Shown here one piece after another: positions 25,129 to 33,697 of a stretch of 46,430 nt of DNA. The notes under the pieces were generated by a model. That model was given only the letters and a program-made list of their open reading frames with translations, had not been told where the DNA came from and did no database searches. The translations under genes were made by a program, and so were the position numbers. The number at the start of each line of letters is the position of its first letter. Positions within the stretch are counted from its first letter, which is position 1. This DNA comes from an uncultured Candidatus Saccharibacteria bacterium (lineage in GTDB: Bacteria > Patescibacteriota > Minisyncoccia > Phycocordibacterales > UBA9973), in contig CAYTMO010000003.1 in NCBI GenBank assembly GCA_964439045.1, forward strand, positions 1-46,430, read 5' to 3'.

Positions 25129-28100
25129 TGGCGAGCGATAACCCTTACGAGGTCTTGATCGGCAGAGTAGGCGCGGCCAAGCCACCGGTCGCCCCGGAGC
25201 CGGTCGCAGCGCCCGTGGAGCCGCCGAAGCCGGAAGTCCAGCCGCCGCCCCAGGCTGAAGCCGCGAACCCGTACGCAAGCCTGATCGACGACACGGTCTC
25301 GCCCCCTCCGACTAAGCTGCTCCTCGACAGCGCTGGCCGCGGAGACGCCGACAAGTTCGGACGCGCTCGCAAGCTCGGGCAGGAGCTTGGTGTTCCGGCC
25401 GAGGTAGCCGAGCGCAACCTCGAAGAACTGGAGGCGCGCAAGAAGGTCATCGACGGCGACGCGGAGCTGAACCGCGCCCCGGCGACGCGTGACTGGCTCG
25501 GGCGCGACCCCGAGAATGCGAAGCTCAGCCACGACCAGATCAGCACCATGGCCGGCTTCGAAGGCGTCGTCGACCAGCTCGCCTCGCCCGGCAGCGACGA
25601 GAAGACCGTGTCGGCGCTCGATGTTGCGCGCTCGGTTCCTGCCGGCGCAGTCAAGGGCATCGGCTCGATGGCCGGCGTCGCCAAGGGCAAGACGGCGTTG
25701 GCGGGGCTCCGCGATAGGGCGCTCGCTGGCGTCGCTCGCGCGGCCGGGCTTGAGACGCTTGCCAAGATGTTCGAAGACCCGACGCTGCGAGCCATGCGCG
25801 AGCAGGAAAGCAAGTCGGTAGAGAAGGTCGGCGCGGCGATCAAGGAAGTCGGCGAAGCGATCGGGCCGACCAACAAGAACTTCGTGACGGACGTTGGCGA
25901 GGGCCTCGGCCAAGTCGCCTCCCAGGTCACGGCGCTGCTGCTGACGGGCGGCGTCGGCGGCACCATGCTGATGTTCGGCCAGGGCGCAGATCAGGCAGCC
26001 GAAGACGTGAAGAAGGCGGGGGCGGAAGGGACCGCCGGGGGCGACGCAGCCACGGTGGTCGGCGGCGCCATCACGGCCCTGACCGAGAAGTACGGCCTCG
26101 ACATCCTGATGAAGAAGCTGCCGGCCAACGTCCGGTCGCGCATCTTCAGGACCCTGGCCGGCTTCGGAGCGGAAGCGTCGCAGGAAATCATCGAGGACGC
26201 CGCCAACAACGTCGCCGCCATGGCGCTGTACGATCACGATCGCGTGCTGTTCGGCGAAGACACGCTCTACCAGGGCGGCGTCGGCGGCACGGTTGGCGCG
26301 ATCGTCTCCGCAGCCATGCCTGGGCGCCGCGCGATCCGGCGCCGCGACCATCTGACCAAGGTGATCGAGGATGTCCAGGGCTCGGCGCTCAACCAGCGCG
26401 CGCCCGACAAGGCCGCGGAGCACGCCGGAGCGGTGCTCGACAGCAAGGGCATCGAGATCCACATCAGCGGCCAGCGCCTCGTTGACGAGGTCGGGCCGGA
26501 GAAGCTGGCCGAGCTTGGGTTCGGTGACGAAGTTCAGACGGCCATCGAGCGTGGTGGCGAGGTTCGCCTGTCCGGTGAACAGTTCGCGCGGCTGGCGCAG
26601 GAAGGTGCGGCCGCCAATCTGGTCGACGACGTCCGCGTAGGCGACGGCGAACTCACGGCGCGCGAGGCAAAGGACATTCCGGCAGAGATGGCGGAAGCTC
26701 GCCTGCGCGAGCAGGAGGCCATGGCCGCGGCGGAGCGCGAGGGGGCAGCCAAGGAAGCTGCGCCAGCTACGGAAGGGGAATGGAAGGCCAACCAGTGGCA
26801 GCGGCGTCAGCTCATCGCCGCGGGCTTCGGCAAGGAAGAGATCGAGGGCATGTCCCAGCAGGACGTGCTCGACCTCGTTGGCGAGAAGCCTCCCAGCCCT
26901 GACAGATGGCACTCGGAAGCCCATGCGCCCGTGGCCCTGGCGGAAGACCAGCTCGGCCTCAAGGCGATGTTCGAGACCGCTGCCGAAGCCGGCATGACGG
27001 AGCAGCAGTACGCAAGCTATCTCGCGGCGATCGAAGAGGCCGGAGACGCGCCGCGACTGCGAGCGACAGAGCGGGCGATCAAGCGCCAGCAGAAGACACT
27101 CACGGCCGAATGGCAGGCTGAGCGCGAAGTCGTTCGCCAGCAGGTCGAAGAGAGCGTCAGGCAGACCCCCGTCTATGGAGCGCTCGATGCGCTCGGCGTG
27201 GATCGCCTCGACGGTGCCGCCATCGTCGAGATCATGGGCCAGGAGAGCATCCTGGAGATGCTCCCGAAGTCGAACGGGCGCCAGATATATCAGAGCCGCG
27301 GCGGCATCCACCCCGACGTCCTGGCCGAACTCTACGGCTTCGATGACGGGCGCCATCTCATCGACTCGATCATGACTGCGGTTCCGATCAAGGAGAAGAT
27401 CGAAGCCGAGACCGACCGCGTCATGTCCGAAAAACATGGCGCCATCCTGGACAAGCAGCGCGACCTCGAAGCAGCGATCGAAGATCTGCACCAGGACCGC
27501 GGCTACCTGAAGATGCTCACCACAGAACTGGGGGCACTGCGCGGGCAGGAGAAGAAGGGCAAGGCGCTCGACCCTCGGCTGTTCAAGGCGACGGCAGAGG
27601 CGGGGCTGGCCAGGGAGCAGATCCGCGACATCAACCCGAAGCGCTTCCTCAACGAAGAGGCTCGCAAGGGCAAGCTCGCCGGCAAGCTGATCCGCGGGCG
27701 CGGCAAGATCGACGGCGAGAAGCTGGAAGGTCCGAACCGCTCGGCCGCAGCCAAGATGAAGTTCGAGCAGATCCTGAACTACGAGTACGCGCGTCAGGCG
27801 TTCGAGGCCCGCAGGGAAGTCGAGGCTCGTCGCGCGCATCTCCAGGCGCTGGCCGACCCGAGCAAGGCGATCCCCGGCATCGACGCAGGCCACCGCGACC
27901 GCCTTCTCAATCTGCTGGCCGACTACGATTTCACCAAGAGCACGCGCAACGATCCTGCCGGGCTGTTGCAGTCGACGCACTACGCCAACATGAGCCTGGG
28001 CGCGTTCAACTCCCTGTACGAACAGGCCCAGGTGATCGAGGAAGAAGGGCGCAAGTGGCGCTCGCTCGTCGTCGGCGGCCAGCTCCAGGACTTCAACGAG

Positions 28101-30161
28101 ACCCGCGACCAGCTCATCGAGCGCATCTCCACGCTGCCGAAGCTGCCGCGCATGAAGCGCGAAGCCAGCGGCGACGACACGCTATTCGATCGCGCCCGCA
28201 GCATCCTCGCCTCGGCGCAGGCCGTGGTGTCGAAGATCGAGCTGCTCGTGCAGAAGCTCGACGGCGGCGAACTCGGCGGCCCCTGGCACAAGGCGGTTTT
28301 CCAGCCGCTCGCCGACGCGCAGTCGCAGAAGCTCGACCTTCTCCAGAAAGCGCTCAAGCCGATCATCGAAGGGGCCAAGGGTCTGCCGGCTGCGATCGGC
28401 AAGAAGCTCGACTACAAGGTCCCCAACGTGACCCTGGGCGGGCGCAAGGTGACCTACGCCGAACTACTGATGGTGGCCGTCAACTCCGGCAACGCCTCGA
28501 ACTTCGACAAAATGATCGAGGGCTCGCAGTTCGTCGATGGCCACACCAAGTGGACGCCCGAGGAAGTCACCGCGGCGCTCGAACAGCTTCCGCCTGAAGC
28601 CGCTGCCTGGGTGCAGCAGGTGTGGGATCAGTTCGAGAAGATCCGCCCGATGGTCGAGAACGTCTACCGCAACGTGCATGGCGTCTCGCCCTCCCGCGTC
28701 GAGTCGCGGCCGGTTTCGATCGGCGGCGTCGAGGTCAAGGGCGGCTATTTCCCGATGATGTACGACCAGCGCATCGCGGCGCCCCTGAAGGATAGCAGCA
28801 GCGAAGCGTTCAACATGATGCTGCACCCGGCCGATCGTGCCGGCGTGTTCTCTGGCATGACAAAGGCGCGCACGGAAGGCTACTCGGCCCCGGTCGACCT
28901 CCGGTTCTCGAACCTCGCGCACGCCCTGGAGCGCCACCTCCACTTCGTCTCGCACTTCGACGCCTTCAACAACACGCGCAAGCTTCTCGAAGACCGCAAA
29001 CTCAGCGCCGAGCTGACCTCGCGCGTGGGGCCTGAGTATCGCGACGAACTCCACCGCTGGCTCGAAGCCGTCGCGACCAACGGTGCCGACTTCAAGACCT
29101 CGCAGGGCGCCAACGCGCTGACGCAGATCATCCGTTCCCACATCACGATCGGCGTCCTCGGACTGAGCTACACGACCATGGCTTCTCAGGTGCTTGGGCT
29201 GACGACCTCCGTGGCCATCCTCGGCACCAAGCCTGACGGGAAGTTCTCGGCGGCCCAGGGGGCGAAGTGGATGGCGGTCGGGCTCGATCGCTACGTCGCC
29301 GACATGCGCGGCAGCATCGAGATGGCGAAGGAGCTGTCCGGTGAGATGCGGCACCGCCTCGGCAACGCAGACCGCGAGCAGGCCGAGGCTCTGAGGCAGA
29401 CCGCAGAAGGCTCGAACATCTATACCCTGGCCCAGCGTGCGTCACTGAAGGCGATCGGCGGATTGCAGTTCTACACCGTCGACATGCCGACGTGGATCGG
29501 CGCGTTCAATCAGGGCCTGTCGCAAGGCAAGACCGAGCGCGAGGCGTCCGACTACGCTGACGCGGCGATACGGACTTCCCAGGGCTCTGGCCACCTCAAG
29601 GATCAGGCAGCGTTGCAGAGGCAGAAGGGCCTGACGCAGTGGCTCACCATGTTCTCGACCTACGCGACCCTGCTCTACGGTCAGGTCAGCAGCACTATTG
29701 GCAGCGTCAAGGCGAACCCCAAGCGCCTGCCCGATGCCATCAGCAAGGCCGTGTTCTTGCTGGTCCTGGCAGGGTTGGGCGAAGCGGTGATCCGGCAGGA
29801 CTTCCCCGACGATGACGACGAAGCCGAGCTGGCCAAGTGGGGCCTGAAGATGCTCGTCTACGGGGTCAAGTCCACGCCCGCGGTCGGCTCGCTGATCAGC
29901 GCTGAGATCGAAGGGCGCAAGGGAGGCGGCGATCTGTCCCCCGTCGAGGGCCTCTCGCAGAAGGTGTCGGGCGCCGTCAAGGCCGCGGTCGAGATGGTCT
30001 CGGAGCAAGAGATCGAGCTGAAGAACGCCAGGAAAGTCCTGGACGGCGTCGGGCTGGCCATCGGGCTGCCGGGCACCACGCAGTTCGTCCGCATCCTCAA
30101 AGCGATCGAGGAAGAGACCGACAACCCCTACGACTATCTCGTGACACCGAAGAAGAAATGA
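25128..30161 (+). CDS. Large internal virion/ejection protein (gp16 position, 1677 aa)
   Basis: TGATG overlap. Largest gene, placed before the tail fibre as in T7-like virion modules. I recognised no transglycosylase motif. Confidence 0.7.
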   Translation: MASDNPYEVLIGRVGAAKPPVAPEPVAAPVEPPKPEVQPPPQAEAANPYASLIDDTVSPPPTKLLLDSAGRGDADKFGRARKLGQELGVPAEVAERNLEELEARKKVIDGDAELNRAPATRDWLGRDPENAKLSHDQISTMAGFEGVVDQLASPGSDEKTVSALDVARSVPAGAVKGIGSMAGVAKGKTALAGLRDRALAGVARAAGLETLAKMFEDPTLRAMREQESKSVEKVGAAIKEVGEAIGPTNKNFVTDVGEGLGQVASQVTALLLTGGVGGTMLMFGQGADQAAEDVKKAGAEGTAGGDAATVVGGAITALTEKYGLDILMKKLPANVRSRIFRTLAGFGAEASQEIIEDAANNVAAMALYDHDRVLFGEDTLYQGGVGGTVGAIVSAAMPGRRAIRRRDHLTKVIEDVQGSALNQRAPDKAAEHAGAVLDSKGIEIHISGQRLVDEVGPEKLAELGFGDEVQTAIERGGEVRLSGEQFARLAQEGAAANLVDDVRVGDGELTAREAKDIPAEMAEARLREQEAMAAAEREGAAKEAAPATEGEWKANQWQRRQLIAAGFGKEEIEGMSQQDVLDLVGEKPPSPDRWHSEAHAPVALAEDQLGLKAMFETAAEAGMTEQQYASYLAAIEEAGDAPRLRATERAIKRQQKTLTAEWQAEREVVRQQVEESVRQTPVYGALDALGVDRLDGAAIVEIMGQESILEMLPKSNGRQIYQSRGGIHPDVLAELYGFDDGRHLIDSIMTAVPIKEKIEAETDRVMSEKHGAILDKQRDLEAAIEDLHQDRGYLKMLTTELGALRGQEKKGKALDPRLFKATAEAGLAREQIRDINPKRFLNEEARKGKLAGKLIRGRGKIDGEKLEGPNRSAAAKMKFEQILNYEYARQAFEARREVEARRAHLQALADPSKAIPGIDAGHRDRLLNLLADYDFTKSTRNDPAGLLQSTHYANMSLGAFNSLYEQAQVIEEEGRKWRSLVVGGQLQDFNETRDQLIERISTLPKLPRMKREASGDDTLFDRARSILASAQAVVSKIELLVQKLDGGELGGPWHKAVFQPLADAQSQKLDLLQKALKPIIEGAKGLPAAIGKKLDYKVPNVTLGGRKVTYAELLMVAVNSGNASNFDKMIEGSQFVDGHTKWTPEEVTAALEQLPPEAAAWVQQVWDQFEKIRPMVENVYRNVHGVSPSRVESRPVSIGGVEVKGGYFPMMYDQRIAAPLKDSSSEAFNMMLHPADRAGVFSGMTKARTEGYSAPVDLRFSNLAHALERHLHFVSHFDAFNNTRKLLEDRKLSAELTSRVGPEYRDELHRWLEAVATNGADFKTSQGANALTQIIRSHITIGVLGLSYTTMASQVLGLTTSVAILGTKPDGKFSAAQGAKWMAVGLDRYVADMRGSIEMAKELSGEMRHRLGNADREQAEALRQTAEGSNIYTLAQRASLKAIGGLQFYTVDMPTWIGAFNQGLSQGKTEREASDYADAAIRTSQGSGHLKDQAALQRQKGLTQWLTMFSTYATLLYGQVSSTIGSVKANPKRLPDAISKAVFLLVLAGLGEAVIRQDFPDDDDEAELAKWGLKMLVYGVKSTPAVGSLISAEIEGRKGGGDLSPVEGLSQKVSGAVKAAVEMVSEQEIELKNARKVLDGVGLAIGLPGTTQFVRILKAIEEETDNPYDYLVTPKKK

Positions 30162-30178
30162 GGTATCACATGATACCT
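30161..30178. promoter_or_regulatory. 18-bp near-perfect palindrome AGGTATCACATGATACCT upstream of the tail fibre gene
   Basis: 8 of 9 positions are self-complementary, in the 31-nt gap between 30161 and 30193. A 2-nt centre is too short for an RNA hairpin loop, which favours a protein-binding site. Confidence 0.55.
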
Positions 30179-30192
30179 GGAATGGAGCGTAG

Positions 30193-31488
30193 ATGACAGT
30201 CGAGACCACCGTCAGCAAGGTGATTGCGCCCGGCAACGGCTCCGCGACCACCTTCTCTTTCAGTCCGGTCGTCCTGCCGGAAGACGCAGACGATCTTGTC
30301 GTCTATTTGCGCGACGTGTCGACAGGCGTCGAGACGCTGCTGAGCCGCGGCACCAGTTCGACGACCTACAGCGTCACCGTCTCCAGCTACCCAGGCACCG
30401 GCTCGATCACCTACCCGGCGAGCGGCGGCACCCCGATCACGTCCGCGTACGAGCTTGTCATGCTGCGCGTGCTGACGATCGAGCAGCAGACCGACCTACC
30501 GAACCAAGCGACCTACTACCCCGAGGTGCTCGAAGCGGCACTCGATCGCGCGACGATGGTCGACCTCCAGCAGCAGGAGAAGCTCGACCGCACGCCGAAG
30601 TTCCTGCCCGGCGTCGACCTGAGCGAGATCGACTTCGACGTCGAGACGATCCCGACGCCCGTCGCCGACCAAGTCCTGGCCATCAACGCGACGGCGACCG
30701 GCTTCACCCTGGTGGACGTGCCCAGCGCCTCGCTCGTTACCGCGGCTGAAGCTGCCGTCACCAATGCCGAGATCGCGCAAGCCGCGGCTGAAGCTGCTGC
30801 CGACGGCGCCATCGCTGCCGCCGCGCTGCTCCCGACGCCAGCCAACCCCGGCGACGACAACAAGTTCCTGCGCGCCAATGGTGGCGTCTACACGCTGGTC
30901 ACCTCGTCGGTGACGGGCGACGTCGTCGGCCCGGCGTCGGCCGGCTCCAACTCCATCGTCCTCTACGACGGCACCACCGGCAAGCTGGTCAAGGCCGGCG
31001 TAGCCCTGGGCACATCTGGACACCCGCTGGTCAGCGCTGGCGCCGGCAGCCCGCCCGCGTTCGGGCAGGTTCCGACCGCCGGCATCACGGATCTGGCGGT
31101 GACCGAGGGTAAGCTCGCCGCGAATGCCGTAGGCGTGGCCAAGCTCAAGCGCGAAGGCACCGCGGGGCAGATGCTCTACTCGGGCGGTGCCGGCGCCGAT
31201 CCATCGTGGGGCGCTCCTCCGGTATCGTCGGGCGAGACCAACACCGCGAGCAACGTCGGCTCGGGCTCGGGCGTCTGGAAGGACAAGAACGGGGTCGACC
31301 TGCGCTTCAAGTCCATCATCCTGGCCCACGCAGTCTACATGGACGGCGCGCTCAACAACACGACTGGGGCTTCCCCTGGCGCTTCGGCGATCTTCAAGCG
31401 CGCGTTCACCACCCTGACGGCGAACACCAACGACCTGACGTTCACGTGCTACCAATACTTTGAAACCGATAGCGGTGGGGGCGGCTGA
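30193..31488 (+). CDS. Tail fibre/spike protein (431 aa)
   Basis: The N-terminus MTVETTVSKVIAPGNGSATTFSFSPVVL...YLRD resembles conserved podovirus fibre N-terminal anchor domains. The C-terminus is Ala- and Gly-rich. Confidence 0.7.
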   Translation: MTVETTVSKVIAPGNGSATTFSFSPVVLPEDADDLVVYLRDVSTGVETLLSRGTSSTTYSVTVSSYPGTGSITYPASGGTPITSAYELVMLRVLTIEQQTDLPNQATYYPEVLEAALDRATMVDLQQQEKLDRTPKFLPGVDLSEIDFDVETIPTPVADQVLAINATATGFTLVDVPSASLVTAAEAAVTNAEIAQAAAEAAADGAIAAAALLPTPANPGDDNKFLRANGGVYTLVTSSVTGDVVGPASAGSNSIVLYDGTTGKLVKAGVALGTSGHPLVSAGAGSPPAFGQVPTAGITDLAVTEGKLAANAVGVAKLKREGTAGQMLYSGGAGADPSWGAPPVSSGETNTASNVGSGSGVWKDKNGVDLRFKSIILAHAVYMDGALNNTTGASPGASAIFKRAFTTLTANTNDLTFTCYQYFETDSGGGG

Positions 31489-31748
31489 TGACTGAGACGA
31501 TCCTGAAGCGCGAGGAGCTACAGACGCTCCTCGAACACGCCGCAGAGCTTGGCGCGAAGAGGGCGCTTGAAAGCGTCGGCCTCCACGACTCGGAGGCCAG
31601 CAACGACATCCGCGACATGCGCGGGCTACTGGAGAGCTACAGGACGGTGAAGACCTCGCTGCTGGCCACGATCGGCAAGGCGGTTGCCGTAGCCATCTTG
31701 GCGCTCCTGGCGTTCAATACGGGCATCAACTGGGAAGGAGGCAAGTGA
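31488..31748 (+). CDS. Membrane-anchored small protein (86 aa), lysis-cassette associated
   Basis: Single C-terminal transmembrane segment (LLATIGKAVAVAILALLAF). TGATG overlap with the neighbouring gene. Confidence 0.55.
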   Translation: MTETILKREELQTLLEHAAELGAKRALESVGLHDSEASNDIRDMRGLLESYRTVKTSLLATIGKAVAVAILALLAFNTGINWEGGK

Positions 31749-31915
31749 TGGAGCCCTCGACACTCCTCAAGTATGGCGCCGCCGCGGGCCTGCTCGCGTC
31801 GGTCTACGCGCTGGTGTACCTCAAGCTGATCGAGCCGGCGCAGTATTACAACCTCGTGCTCATGGCGCTCGGCGCTCTCGGGGTCAACTCGCTCAACGGG
31901 GGCAGCAAGCCATGA
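31748..31915 (+). CDS. Holin-like protein with two hydrophobic segments (55 aa; not in the ORF track)
   Basis: ATG at 31748 overlaps the upstream TGA, and its stop overlaps the next ATG (ATGA). Translation is MEPSTLLKYGAAAGLLASVYALVYLKLIEPAQYYNLVLMALGALGVNSLNGGSKP. Confidence 0.5.
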   Translation: MEPSTLLKYGAAAGLLASVYALVYLKLIEPAQYYNLVLMALGALGVNSLNGGSKP

Positions 31916-32292
31916 AGGTGGCAGCCATCCTACTCGCCCTGGCCTTGAGCGCGTGCGCTGGGCCGGCAGTCGTTCAGGACGGAGACCCGAGCGGGGAGCT
32001 GAAGGCCCTGGCGTCCCTGGCGGTCGACGATCTCAAGAACGCCAAGGCCCTCGCGGAAGCGGCTGACGATCCGATCGCCGTCATGTGCTGGGGCGCGCTC
32101 CTGAAGCACGCCGAGCGGGCTCAGGCGCTAGCCGAGCGGGGCCATGTCGGCGTTGCGGAGAAGTGGCAGATCGCGCGCAACCTCCGCCGGGGGGAGGATG
32201 AGCGCGACGCCTGTTCGGTTCTGGTGGACGACGCAAGGCAGAGCGTGCTTAGGATCGTCACCCGGCTGGGAGCGGTCGCCGCGAAGCTGTAG
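31912..32292 (+). CDS. Lipoprotein (126 aa), spanin-like candidate
   Basis: Signal peptide with the lipobox LALALSAC. Last gene of the late block. Confidence 0.6.
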   Translation: MKVAAILLALALSACAGPAVVQDGDPSGELKALASLAVDDLKNAKALAEAADDPIAVMCWGALLKHAERAQALAERGHVGVAEKWQIARNLRRGEDERDACSVLVDDARQSVLRIVTRLGAVAAKL

Positions 32293-32478
32293 CTATCCCT
32301 GCGACCCGGTCAGGTTCTTGATCGACTGCTTGACGTGCTCCCGCTGGCCGATCACGGCGCAGGTGTAGCAGCAGAACGCCGGGCTATTTCTTGCGGATCG
32401 CGGGCGGAGCTTCTTCTCGCAATGCCCGCACGGCACGGGCCTTGGCACCTCGGGGAACTTGAGTACCATCGCTTCCAT
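32293..32478 (-). CDS. Zinc-ribbon protein (61 aa)
   Basis: CGHC...CCYTC motifs. Overlaps the 3' end of the upstream RHH ORF by 95 nt in another frame. Confidence 0.45.
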   Translation of the reverse strand: MEAMVLKFPEVPRPVPCGHCEKKLRPRSARNSPAFCCYTCAVIGQREHVKQSIKNLTGSQG

Positions 32479-32710
32479 CTTTCAACATCTCCGATACTGC
32501 GTGGCGGATCAGCGTAGCTACGCTACAGCCCTTGCTTGCTGCGAGCTTGCGTAGCTGCTCCTCGTGTTCGTTCGGCACCCATAGGGTGAAAGACTTCGAC
32601 GGCGGGATCGAGGGCCAGCCGCCGGACTTCGGGCGCTTGTGACGCGGGTCGTCAGCTTGGCGCCGGCCCCCGCTCTTGACGTCGGGCGGGAGGATTGCCT
32701 TGCCGGTCAT
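32384..32710 (-). CDS. Ribbon-helix-helix (CopG/Arc-like) DNA-binding protein (108 aa)
   Basis: KSFTLWVPNEHEEQLRKLAASKGCSVATLIRHAVSEML fits a strand-helix-helix pattern. ATGA overlap with the upstream gene. Confidence 0.6.
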   Translation of the reverse strand: MTGKAILPPDVKSGGRRQADDPRHKRPKSGGWPSIPPSKSFTLWVPNEHEEQLRKLAASKGCSVATLIRHAVSEMLKDGSDGTQVPRGAKARAVRALREEAPPAIRKK

Positions 32711-33039
32711 GACAGCCCCCGGCGCTCGCGCTCCTCGATCACCATGCGCGCCGTGCGCCCGTAGCCGGCGATGTCGTCCCAGCTATCGAGGTGCCCCGGC
32801 GTGTGGCAGAGCCGCGCCAGCTTGACGCAGATCATCTCCGCGGCGTGGCGTAGCTCCGGGTCCTTGATGTCGGCCACGACCGCCTTGAGCTTGGCAGCGC
32901 GCCCGAAGTCGTCGAGCGGATGGCCGTAGACCGAGCCGCGCTCGGTCGTCAGCTCCGCCGTTGTCAGCGGCTTGAAGACGTCGTGGCCGGTTTTCGGCGG
33001 GGCGTCTTGCGTCTCGTCGACTGTCATCTTCAGGACCAT
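32707..33039 (-). CDS. N4 gp49 / Sf6 gp66-family protein (110 aa)
   Basis: RGSVYGHP...FGRAAKL...MICVKLARL...HLDSWDDIAGY pattern recognised as this family. AGGAGGG RBS. Confidence 0.6.
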   Translation of the reverse strand: MVLKMTVDETQDAPPKTGHDVFKPLTTAELTTERGSVYGHPLDDFGRAAKLKAVVADIKDPELRHAAEMICVKLARLCHTPGHLDSWDDIAGYGRTARMVIEERERRGLS

Positions 33040-33048
33040 CTCACCCTC

Positions 33049-33543
33049 CTAGAATGCTTTGCGATCGAAGCCGTGGAAGCGACAGACCTTGTCGGCCGCC
33101 GCCTGGAAGTCGCGCCCGTGCTCGCCGCGCACGCCTCGGCGATCGCAGTGGGCGTGGATCATCTCGTGCGCCATGACACGCATGAGCATGTCGGTCGTGC
33201 CGATGTTGGTGGTCGAGCACCGGATCACATGCTTGGTGCCGAGCATCGTGTGGTCGCCGAGGATCTCTTTGTGCTTGGTCACATGGAACTCGACCTCGTC
33301 AGCGTCGGGCAGACGCCAAGCGCTGAAGGGCCGGGACACGCGCAGGTACTCGTAGGCGGCGGCCATGAGATCCGGCGTCAGGTGGAACAGGGTCGACACG
33401 GCAGCCTCCTGAGTGTGCTCGGTGAGCACTTGGTACTGGTTGTGGTGCATCACGTGATCCCGCCTCTGGGCCAGGGTCTGATGCGGGCCGAGGGGCTCGC
33501 CAAGCTGAACCCACTCGACGACCTTAACCTCTCCGATCCGCAT
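33049..33543 (-). CDS. SprT-like zinc metalloprotease domain protein (164 aa)
   Basis: HEMIH motif in an SprT-like context. ATG at 33543 follows GGGGAGG by 6 nt, and third-position GC bias continues upstream of the alternative start at 33450. Confidence 0.6.
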   Translation of the reverse strand: MRIGEVKVVEWVQLGEPLGPHQTLAQRRDHVMHHNQYQVLTEHTQEAAVSTLFHLTPDLMAAAYEYLRVSRPFSAWRLPDADEVEFHVTKHKEILGDHTMLGTKHVIRCSTTNIGTTDMLMRVMAHEMIHAHCDRRGVRGEHGRDFQAAADKVCRFHGFDRKAF

Positions 33544-33697
33544 CGGTCGCCTCCCCATCTACGACTGGGATGTCGCGCCACACCAACTCGTGGCCAACGA
33601 TCCAGCAGCGTTGCATGAAGTCGCGGTCGCCCGCAACCACGCGCCGATAGTTGTCGGTCGGCTTGGCGATCTCCGGCTTGGTAACGATCTCGCTCAT
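33524..33697 (-). CDS. Small hypothetical protein (57 aa; not in the ORF track)
   Basis: ATG at 33697 overlaps the stop of the metallophosphoesterase gene (ATGA). Translation begins MSEIVTKPEIAKPTDNYRRVVAG. Confidence 0.4.
   Translation of the reverse strand: MSEIVTKPEIAKPTDNYRRVVAGDRDFMQRCWIVGHELVWRDIPVVDGEATDADRRG

Noticed and set aside
32384-32478. Programmed ribosomal frameshift fusing the RHH protein to the zinc-ribbon ORF.
   Set aside because: I saw no slippery heptamer or downstream structure in the overlap. Simple ORF overlap or read-through in GC-rich DNA is the more economical explanation.
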